A stretch of 64,000 nt of DNA from Balanoglossus misakiensis (lineage: Eukaryota > Animalia > Hemichordata), in contig CM082593.2 in assembly GCA_040954595.2 (NCBI GenBank), positions 3,737,434 to 3,801,433 of the forward strand. The letters are read 5' to 3'. Below the pieces are notes generated by a model. That model made no database searches. It had not been told where the DNA came from and saw only the letters and a program-made list of their open reading frames with translations. Positions 15,897-27,174 of the stretch are shown here, in pieces. The translations under genes were made by a program, and so were the position numbers. The first letter of the stretch is position 1. Each line of letters opens with the position of its first letter.

Positions 15897-16413
15897 TGTA
15901 GCCACATTTTGCAGATTGAAAATTGGATAAGTTTAGTCACGGACAAATAGAACAGATAATTGAGAAAGTTTCTAACTAGGTGAGGCCTCGGTAGAGCAAA
16001 AATTAATATAATATTACAGTATGTGTTAGAATTTTTGCATGTCGGATAATTCTCTGTGTAATAAACGGTTGAATAAAACTGATGTATGTGTGTGTATCGT
16101 CTCCATAAGTATACTTTGCATGATACTCATAGACAGATTGATGTACTATAGATACTATAGACAGATATCCAGGAAACTTGAATATCTCAAACTAGTGGGT
16201 TTCAATCTCGACTCGGACTAAGTTCCACAATTTACAACACCTCAAGTACTCGGTATATGCAAGGTAAAATTATACATATTTTAATTCTATCAACCTGAGA
16301 ATGAATATTAATAACCTTGTTGCAATTAAGAAATGTATACATTGACAAACGATTTGGGAGTTCAGATATGATTTAGTCTTGCGCCACGCTACTCGTTGTG
16401 CGCCGAAGAACAG

Positions 16414-16918
16414 CTAGAAAAATCTGTCCTGTTTCCAAGGTCTGTCGACGTCTGCAACCGTTTCTTCAGTGACCTCACAGACGTCGAATTCTTTGAAAGA
16501 AAAGATATCTGTAAAAGAGAGGAAGATTTCTATCCTGTTAAGACTGTCGTCAAGGTGAAACAGTAAAGCAGTTTATCTCAGAGCGATGTCGGAATAAGTA
16601 AATACATGGTTGCACGTTTTTCCTTAGTCTGCAAGAATACATCGTGTGCGGGCGCTTCCTGCCCTCTGACCCCAATCAAGTACCTGAGTGCCAAACCACC
16701 ATACGTGGCTGAATGTTTCAGTCCAGATTTTTCACACTTTAGAATTCATTCTCACAATGTCAGACCAACTTTAAAGCCTTACCTTTGTTGAAATAGTCAT
16801 ACACGGCAACGTAGGCCTGTTCTTTACGTTCCGTTTCGAATTTGTGTACGACAGTCAATTCAACACAAGTCTCTTCCTTGTTCAGCTGTTGAATCATGAA
16901 AATAACAAGTGGCTTAGT

Positions 16919-16961
<43 letters not shown>

Positions 16962-19900
16962 CCACCACCACCAAGTGTATCACTCGTACACGTACCTTGT
17001 TGAAGTACAAAACCACCTGGTCAGATTTGATTTCATAACTTTCTATTGCCACAGATCTCTCCATAGCAGCGTCGATCGACTCGGCAAGGACGCTATATCC
17101 CGGTGACAGCATGACGTCAACGATGCTTGTATTTGAAGTTAATCGGTCACCTAGATACCTGAGCAAAAATGAAATATCATCAATAACCAAATAACTGTGT
17201 ACAGGACCTAAACCATACATGTTGATAGGACCATTGTTTGGTATGCTAGCACAGTCAAAGTCAAGGACCAATGCACGCCCTGTACAGGCCGTGTTGACAA
17301 ACAACCTTCGATATAACACACCACAGAAAGTAAACCCAGCATAACATAGATGGGCCCTAAATCTGATTTTAATCAAGATATACCTGACGCAAATTTCCAT
17401 CATTCTGTCGCCAACGCACGGAGAATTTCCCTGTGCCACGCCATCACCCTGAATGTTTTCCTCAACCTTTATTTTGATATCGATTTCGAATGATTTCGGT
17501 TCGATGGCGATGTCATCATTTTTCTGCAAAATAAACACACGTCAAGTATATATGCAATCGCACCATAGTGTAATTTGTGGATTCAATTTGTTAAATCTCT
17601 CAAATTCGCTGACAACCTGTCTATAGTTCCTTGGTCAATAGCATATGGATATTAATTTTACAAAAACTCTCCTAGTCGTCCATTTAATGTATCAATATTC
17701 GTGTATTCACCTGCCAGGTCATAGAACTGACCTTGACAATTAGACTTTCAATTTTTGTATATGGCTCAGACGAATCGCTTCCCCGAATGTCACTCAAATC
17801 GCTCTGACACAATTCCTCATCTGGTTCCACAATGTTGGCGGACAGTGTGATCTCACTCTCGCCATCTACCATGGGTACGATACCGTGGTAAGTGACGCTC
17901 TTAGAACTATCGCAAATGCAGAGTTTCTTGAGCGGCGTGTCTTCAAGTAAAATGAAGCCCTTTGGCATCTGTAGGGTGACTTCCACCTGTAAATAAGGTA
18001 CGACAAGTAATAATTTGCAATCGTCAAACGTTAGTATTATCAACTACATATTTACTCATGAAATGTCATTTCCCTATTTCCAAGGTTGAGAACTGGAATC
18101 CCATGTAAATTTGACAGTGTACTTACAGTCACGCATTGTGGCAAAAAATTGTGAAGAGTAACTGGGATGGAGAATTGTTGATAACGTGTCACTTGAGATG
18201 GCATGGTCGTTGACAAATAGACCGGTTGGAAGGCAGATAGTTTGGTGTGAGCTGCTCCCATGCCGAACTCAGGGGACGAGCAGACGCTGCTACCAATCCA
18301 GTATGACAGACGCTCTGGTATCTCGACGTCAAGTTCAAGATGACCTGAATCGCTGAAAGATATACAAATGACGGTGTATATTGCTCAGTGAAAATGGAAC
18401 ACTGGTGATCCGCTCACCACAGGCCTGTCTGATGATGTGATGTAAAGCTACTTACTCTATTCTTTCCAGTTGCCAGACCAACGTCTCCGGGAATAATACA
18501 TTGGCAGCTTTGGGGCACCCCACCTCTTTGAAATCGGCGTTTTCATCTGTTAAGTCGATGCGAAGCAAGAGAAGCAAGACAAAAGTGTGAGAAAGTCAGT
18601 AAACGGGTTTTGACACACATTCCAGACCTTTTGCAAACATTTAAATTCCAAAAAAAAAATGAATTTTGAGAGCCTGGTAGTGTAAACTGTTCTCAGACAA
18701 ATTTCCATGCTTATTATCACCAAGTAGTTCCAAATCGCGTGGACAATGTTTGAGCTTTACCTCGATAAAAGGGCTCTCCATTGTAGAATCTGCAGAGTTG
18801 TTTATGCCCATTCCCTTTGCTCATTGTAACAAGTCCAAAATCCTAAAAAGTACATGATTATTAAAAACCAAGATAATTCTAGAATTGCCATAAACGATGC
18901 AGGTACAATGCACATTACATGGAGTGTAGTGCTGTATCCTAAATCGCCTCCTTAATCAATATTAACTTCTTCAACTTGAAAGCACGGAGATGGGTCAGAA
19001 AATGATCGCTTCTCTGCAATGACAAATCCACCATAATGCTTTTGTAAAGTTGGACCTCTACAGAGGCAACTGGGGTGAAGGAGTTAACCACCAACCTGCA
19101 AGAAATCCCAAAGCTCATCCTGTTGTCTTATCCAGCTGTTTTCAGGCGTACCACTTTTCACATGTGATTCATCGTCACCATCATCACCAACTTGTGACTT
19201 CACATGACCATAACCCTTGTCCCACAACTGACGAGTATCAACCTTCTCGTAAGAGCCATCATCGCCATCAGCATCACCTTTCACACGGACATAACTTTTC
19301 ACCTGACCATAACCCTTGTCCCATAACTGACGAGTATCAACCTTCTCGTAAGAACCATCATCGCCATCAGCATCACCTTTCACACGGACATAACTTTTCA
19401 CCTGACCATAACCCTTGTCCCACAACTGACGAGTATCAACCTTCTCATAAGAACCATCATCGCCATCACCATCACCTTTCACACGGACATAACTTTTCAC
19501 CTGACCATAACCCTTGTCCCACAACTGACGAGTATCAACCTTCTCGTAAGAACCATCATCGCCATCAGCATCACCTTTCACACGGACATAACTTTTCACC
19601 TGACCATAACCCTTGTCCCACAACTGACGAGTATCAACCTTCTCATAAGAACCATCATCGCCATCACCATCACCTTTCACACGGACATAACTTTTCACCT
19701 GACCATAACCCTTGTCCCACAACTGACGAGTATCAACCTTCTCGTAAGAACCATCATCGCCATCAGCATCACCTTTCACACGGACATAACTTTTCACCTG
19801 ACCATAACCCTTGTCCCACAACTGACGAGGATCAACCTTCTCATAAGAACCATCATCGCCATCACCATCACCTTTCACACGGACATAACTTTTCACCTGA

Positions 19901-22900
19901 CCATAACCCTTGTCCCACAACTGACGAGTATCAACCTTCTCGTAAGAGCCATCATCGCCATCAGCATCACCTTTCACACGGACATAACTTTTCACCTTAC
20001 TATTACCCTTATCCCACACTTGACGAGTGCCACTTTTCACATGTGATTCATCGTCACCATCATCGCCAACGTGTGACTTCACATGACCATAATCCTTATC
20101 CCACAATTGACGAGTGCCACTTTTCACATGTGATTCATCGTCACCATCATCGCCAACGTGTGACTTCACATGACCATAATCCTTATCCCACAATTGACGA
20201 TTGCCACTTTTCACATGTGATTCATCGTCACCATCATCGCCAACATGTGACTTCACATGACCATAACCCTTGTCCCACACTTGACGAGTGCCACTTTTCA
20301 CATAGGATTCATCGCCGCCATCATCACCAACATGTGACTTCACATGACCATAACCCTTGTCCCACACTTGACGAGTGCCACTTTTCACATAGGATTCATC
20401 GCCGCCATCATCACCAACATGTGACTTCACATGACCATAACCCTTATCCCACACTTGACGAGTGCCACTTTTCACATAGGATTCATCGCCGCCATCATCA
20501 CCAACATGTGACTTCACATGACCATAACCCTTGTCCCACACTTGACGAGTGCCACTTTTCACATAGGATTCATCGCCGCCATCATCACCAACATGTGACT
20601 TCACATGACCATAACCCTTATCCCACACTTGACGAGTGCCACTTTTCACATAGGATTCATCGTCACCATCATCGCCAACGTGTGACTTCACATGACCATA
20701 ATCCTTATCCCACAATTGACGATTGCCACTTTTCACATGTGATTCATCATCACCATCATCGCCAACATGTGACTTCACATGACCATAACCCTTGTCCCAC
20801 ACTTGACGAGTGCCACTTTTCACATAGGATTCATCGCCGCCATCATCACCAACATGTGACTTCACATGACCATAACCCTTGTCCCACACTTGACGAGTGC
20901 CACTTTTCACATAGGATTCATCGCCGCCATCATCACCAACATGTGACTTCACATGACCATAACCCTTATCCCACACTTGACGAGTGCCACTTTTCACATA
21001 GGATTCATCGCCGCCATCATCACCAACATGTGACTTCACATGACCATAACCCTTGTCCCACACTTGACGAGTGCCACTTTTCACATAGGATTCATCGCCG
21101 CCATCATCACCAACATGTGACTTCACATGACCATAACCCTTATCCCACACTTGACGAGTGCCACTTTTCACATAGGATTCATCGCCGCCATCATCACCAA
21201 CATGTGACTTCACATGACCATAACCCTTATCCCACACTTGACGAGTGCCACTTTTCACATAGGATTCATCGCCGCCATCATCACCAACATGTGACTTCAC
21301 ATGACCGTAACCCTTATCCCACAATTGACGAGTGCCACTTTTCACATAGGATTCAACAACATCACTACTGTTATTCCTTTGCCTGGTTATATGTTCAACC
21401 CTCTCCTCCTCTTGTGGATCAGGGGGCAGCTCTCCACTGTCACCTTTGACCTTTTTATAGCTTTTCCTTGCATATCCTTCATGGCTTGATCCGTGTATTC
21501 TTTGCCACACGCCCAGTAAGTAGTTGTATCTAGCTCTTGAGTCCAAGGTGCTATGAATCTGGCAGCGCATGAAATAAAGAATCTTCATAATCATAAGTCC
21601 CATATATATGCCATATCTAGCCATTTTAGTTTTGAAGTCTTTTGTTGATTGATTTAAGAACGAGCTGGGTTTTTGATATTCGTCTCCATCCGTCTGAGAG
21701 TGACTCAAAGTACAGTTTCCAACAAGTTATATTCTTTGTACACCACTCTTTCGTTTTTGTTTTTTTCTCATAAAATGGATAATATCTGGAAATATGAAAC
21801 ATAAAAGCACGGTGATACCTGTCGTTCGTTCCACACACTGGTGGATCTGTCATAGCCTGTGGATTTCGACTTTTCGACCACACTGATAGCGCACAGAGAT
21901 CTCGGAGAAGCATTCACGCGCAATTTGGTCTTACTCCCAGGGGTAACGACTTTATCTGCAAAGTTCACGGTCACCTGCGATAGATTGAAAAGTTTAACCC
22001 AGTCAAAAATGGAAGTGGTCGGTATGCTAGTGGTAGTAACAACTGTGATCATCGATGTTGGTATGTGTATTTTTTGTTGCAGGACCCATATGCTTGGAAT
22101 TACATGCAACATACTCTTGTCGAACAAAAAAAATCAAGTGCTATACATGTAGTTGCTGTATACATTATGTGTTTACCTCATTCTTAAATGTTGCATTCAC
22201 TTGGAATTCTTTGGTATCTGTGATGACCTCACCATCATCGAGTGTGAAATAGACCACAATCTGACTGGTTGGTGACATATCCTTGGTCACTGGGAAATCT
22301 ATCGCGAAGTGAGGGGCCGAAGTTTGACCTAAGTGTTGTGGGAAAGAATCATGTTAAGTATACAGTATCAGGAAATACTGGTATGCTTTTTTTCAGATAA
22401 GGTTCGTATGTGCCAATTGTTCCAAAATTTACACTCACCATAAGCAGGGCCACTATTTCCACCAACTTCAACATCGACTTCAACACTCTCGTGACTAGTG
22501 ATTGACACTCCACCCGAAGCCGGCACTTCAACCACAAAAACCTCTTCGCTTACTCCCGATACCACTTTACCTTCATCCATCTTTTCAAGTGTCAACGTGA
22601 CACTTTCTGCTCGAACTATATGTCCCTCAGAAACAATCTTTTAAAAAACCAAACAGACAGGATATTGAAATTAGGTTTGGTCATTAACTTTAGGACCCGT
22701 AGGCCACATATACCTCGATATTCAAATCATTAGGAATGCAATCATCAATTTACATGTCATCTATGCAAAAATATACATACAACATACATGTACCTGATAG
22801 TTTACGCTTCTTTCGCGAGTGTCCTTGACGTTATAGAACACTTTCACATTTTGTGTTTGTCCTATTTGAAGTGGTCCATCGATGCGTTCGATTTCGATAT

Positions 22901-25900
22901 AGTTGTCACTGAGAGAGGGACATTTAGCAATGTTCATGAGATGGGTTGTTGGGTTATACACGCCGTGTTTCTGTAGCCGTGCCTCGTAGAAGTCGTTGTC
23001 TGCATAACCAGGACTTGAAGCCTGATTAAGATTGAAAAAAACCCACGGTGACTGAGAAAATTGTTCATTACACCAACCCCTTCGTAATATCTCCTTAAAT
23101 TTACCACATCCAAAAAGCACTGTGACCAAGATCTATTAATGTTTGCTAGCTCAGATAAAAAAAACAGTTTGAGGGAATGGATATTTTGCTTACGTAAAGG
23201 TTCATTCCGCGCAAATTTCCCGGAATACTTGGCACGGTGAATTTAGCGATTCCGTTTTCCGTCGTGAACTCTTGGTGGAAAACGGGTCCACGGCTGCTCC
23301 TGGCTTGCACGAGGACGCGCTTGCCGTCGGCTGCGGTGCCGTCGTGGTTTCTAGCCCGAACCCTGCCGTAGTAGGGCAAGCCGGGTTTGAAACGGTTGGG
23401 CGCGAGAAAGTCTATGCGAAATGGTTCATGGAGTATCCTGCTGCCAATGTAGTTGACTGTTGTGACTTCGTCAGATAACAGTGGTGTGAAGTGAGCAGTG
23501 ACGTTAAGTCTGGCTCTCCACACTGAGTAGTTTTTGGAAGATAGTTTGAGATCGTCGCTGTCGATTGTGAACTGTGAACAGCCATCACGTCCCGTGTCCT
23601 ATACATAAACACAACAACAATTTTGAATTGCATTATTCTCTTGTAGAGATACAATGCCAAAAATACCACAGTCCCTCTATGGGCTATGTACAATGCCATG
23701 TTTCCATACAAGAACACCATTACCCCATGAAATACAAAGTTTATGTCGTCTGGTTTGATAATCGTCTAATTTTCCCAGTAAACGTCAATCAGACTTTGTA
23801 TGAATGGTATGGGATGTTAAGGATACCTTCTGTTGCACGCTAACGCAAGGTCGTCCGTCTGGTCCAGTAAAACTCCAAGACAGTATGCAAATCTCCGCTT
23901 TCATTTCACCTCGTACGGGATCATTATTAGTCAGTCTGGCAAAAAGAAAATGGATCTCACATTTAAAACCACATTATTTTACAAATATTAGAAACTTTGT
24001 GGTTGCTTTCCATTTGTAGTCCAGAATTTATTTTTAATCTACTGACCTGCCACATATTTCCAGGTCTATTGTTTTATCATTGATGATGACAAATGGTGGC
24101 GCAGTGACGATGACATCCAAACGTGGTTGTTCTGATATGAGTGTGTGTGCGTGAGAGAGAGAGAGACAGGAGAGAGATAACGGTTAGTCTATAACAATAT
24201 GGTGTCTGATGTATGAAGCAAGTATACCGGTACCTGGTGAACGATTTGACTAGAATATTGTATAAGACAAGGGGGTACCGTACATGGGGACAGTGATATA
24301 AGCGACAGCCATGTTTACCTCTCTCGGCCACTTGAAAAGCATGATTTGTCACATCGAACTCCGTCGCGGCTACAATTCTCCACTGGCCATTCTCCGCGTC
24401 TTCAGGCAACGGCAGGGAGAGTGTAGCAAAACCATCATTCGTCGTCACATTCCGCCAGCTGTTCACTGACGCACCCGAGGGACCTTCGATTGCCACTGAA
24501 GAAATCTGAAAATGGCCTACAGATTAAAACCTCAGTAACTCTCATTTTGGCTACTTTGCCAGTATTTCCCACAATTCCTTGCTTTGAGCATGCTGAGATA
24601 GTGTCAGATACACCATTAACATTGTTCACACTTTTCAGGAAGACCATACGTATTATATATAAGCCTATTACATGTATATCAATCTCTACAAATTCAAAAA
24701 TGGTGGCATGAGTCGACCAAAGATAAGGAGAAGATTGAAGTGTTTCATCATTTAAAATGCCCAAATGTAGACAGATCGTAGGACTTTAATTATTTGATGT
24801 CAACTTAATTGCCCATAAAACAACTCAGACTTACATGCTTTGCCGGCTGACTTGGCTCTATTTCATCTACATTTAAGATCACAATTTCAACTGCAAAGAT
24901 GATATAAGAATTAATTTAACAGACCACCTCGTTACTCAAGGTGACTTGATAACGCCTTCGTCACATTTTGTTATCGTGAAGTGCTAAGTGTATCATAAAG
25001 TCAATTATTTACTCGACTGACCTTGAAGGCACTATGGCCAGAGTTCAAGCAAGTGAGAAAAAGCCATTTTGGGCAAGATTTACGATATATACACTGTCGC
25101 AAGGTATGGAAATCTATAAACTTTTTTGCAACCATCAGTAAATAAGAATCACAGCGACTGAACTTCCATGGCAATCCATGGAATGACAATGTAGCCCCAA
25201 CTCAAATCATGTTGAAGAAAATACAGCATTGATTTGGTTTTGAGAACTTGCCTGTTTGCCCAGGCGAGTAGACTGGTTTGTTCGTTTGCACGAACACGAA
25301 GGAATTCCTCAGCCAGAGAATGACGCGCCGTCTGTCGGTAAACCTGAATGTGGAATTCGGGCTCATTCCTTCGCCTCGAACTTCTAAGATGGACACTCTT
25401 GCAAAGAGATCCGCTTGAAAAATTGGCGCCTAAAATTATAAGTACAAAATCATGTGTAAGGTCAGGTTTAATACGCGATCTCTGACCAGACATTTGTAAT
25501 CACAAATCTTTTGTTCAAATACTTTTTGCACCTTTGTAGCATGTGTTATTTGAGTTGTATAAAGGTTCATTTAGATAAAAAATACAAACTAACTTGAAAA
25601 CGTATAAAGTCTCGTCTAGATTTTCTGTACAGAGTCACAGTTCAAACTCATAATATAATTTCGTCTTATGATTAAAACATTTCCATGGTGACCAATTTCT
25701 ATTCTTGATTTTAAGAGAAAATAATTTAAAGTTGTGTTGACTGAGAACAAGTCCAATTTAGATGTCCTGTCCATGCATGTCCACATACAGCTGTGGACGC
25801 AGCTTTGCAATAGGCGGAGACATGGGGTCTCATCATTGATCTGTGCAGTCATTGAGGGGTCACTGTGACCTCACTGCCGCCAGGCCAAACAACATCTTTT

Positions 25901-27174
25901 TTTGGCTCCTATTCAGTTTTGTTGCGGGTCAAAGTGCATGTTAGACTTGGTTCAACAAGTCTGTGATTTGTGTTTTCGTATTGCGTGAAACGTTTGAGTG
26001 GTGTGAACTCAATACAGGGGACATTCGTATCACCAGACACGTACCTATACTGCACAAAGTCTAATGTGTGGAGTTAGATCGTCGTGAAAAGTTACCCTCT
26101 GGGAGGGGGGGGGGTGCTGGGCGGAGTGCTAAACTTCAGATAGGTTTGAATGAACACTTGAACGAAAGGACAAGCAAAAATCCTTGCAATTGATTTTAAT
26201 TTCTTTTAATTCACCGACTTGAACCAAGTCCAAGCGTATAAGTGAGGGAAGAGGAAAGTTGAAACATATGTACCAATGTATTACCCAGAAAGGTGAGTGC
26301 TTTTCACGAGCAAGAACAAATAATGTCAGAAAAGGCCAGTTTTGGGGGGAAATAAATACATTTCGTCAATTACTTCTCTCTACGTGTTTTGGCCGGGTAG
26401 CCTAAATATGTAGGGCGACAGAGAACCTTGTCAGAATGGAACGCCCCAGTTGTTTACAGGGCCTGTGGATAACCTTTGGTATCGATCACCACTGATTTAT
26501 ATCGAGAAAAATACTTTGATATCACACGGGCATTTACGTGCAGATGCGATAAATGCTACCTGTCTCACACATGCATGCCCAAAACCACACGTGAGTACCT
26601 GTATGTCTAGGCAGTCAAGGTCAGTCGTCAAAGTCTTCCCCGTGCTTGCGATAAGTTTGTGCTGGCTGCCAGGCACTTCAGCAGACAGTTGAACTGTTAC
26701 GCGGACGTTTTCATCGACTCCCTTTAGTGAAACGCACACGTTTTCATCTCTGAGTGCAACCATTACCTTTGGCGCCGTGATGAGATATGAACTATATTAA
26801 AAGAACAATTCAAGGTTAATGACATAATCCCCCTGAATAACGCTCTATAAGAAAACAGTAGAGGGAATCATGATGAAACGAAACCAATCAATCAAGTCAT
26901 GTATACCACTTCCACAAAAAAATTGTGTACAGTGAATGCAATAAGGCATATTTTAGCATCGCTAGATTGAGCTCTCGTCCAATCAGAATAGCAGACGGTA
27001 CTATGATGTAATATGCATTAGACATATATTTGATCTGCTTCTTGAAGACTCTGGCCTCTGATTGAATTCTGACATCCAAATAAAACCTCACCTTTCCGAT
27101 CGAACCTCTTTCAGATAACCAAACAAAGTTATCAGCAATAGCAACAAAAGTTGCCTTTTTGCTGTACTTTCCAT
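16414..27174 (-). CDS. Alpha-2-macroglobulin/TEP-family secreted protein, ~1881 aa, lacking CUB and thioester domains, with a repeat-expanded bait region
   Basis: 20 phase-consistent exons: 27174-27092 (signal peptide MESTAKRQLLLLLLITLFGYLKEVRS), 26791-26599 (YLITAPK, MG1), 25429-25252 (FVQTNKPVYSPGQT), 24890-24835, 24505-24319, 24131-24047, 23935-23827, 23598-23194 (FKPGLPYYG), 23021-22794, 22637-22439, 22328-22177, 21974-21819 (SLCAISVVEKS), 21693-19152 (bait + repeats), 18546-18456 (FPETLVW), 18352-18127, 17986-17732 (end of MG7), 17523-17384, 17158-16996 (SNTSIVDVMLSPGY), 16885-16783 (VYDYF), 16508-16414 (stop). Total 5646 nt, divisible by 3. Confidence 0.88.
16919..16972. repeat. (ATC)n followed by (ACC)n microsatellite in an A2M intron
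   Basis: Directly visible; it produces the spurious poly-Ile and poly-Met ORFs. Confidence 0.95.
19150..21360 (-). repeat. Coding composite tandem repeat: ~15 x 87-nt units plus 8 x 99-nt units
   Basis: The anchor accataacc/accataatc recurs every 99 nt from 19207 to 19999 and every 87 nt from 19999 to 21304. Minus-strand peptides are GDDGGDESYVKSGTRQVWDKGYGHVKSHV (29 aa) and GD(A/G)DGDDGSYEKVDTRQLWDKGYGQVKSYVRVK (33 aa). Confidence 0.95.
24140..24178. repeat. (GT)/(GA) microsatellite forming the polypyrimidine tract of an A2M intron
   Basis: gtgtgtgtgcgtgagagagagagagacaggagagaga lies immediately next to the acceptor at 24132. Confidence 0.8.

Noticed and set aside
16844-17038. Poly-Ile / poly-Met ORFs
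   Set aside because: Translation of an intronic (ATC)n microsatellite.
19150-21360. Regular repeat array as a CRISPR-like locus
   Set aside because: Units are contiguous near-identical repeats with no unique spacers, there are no cas genes, and the array lies in frame within a eukaryotic exon.
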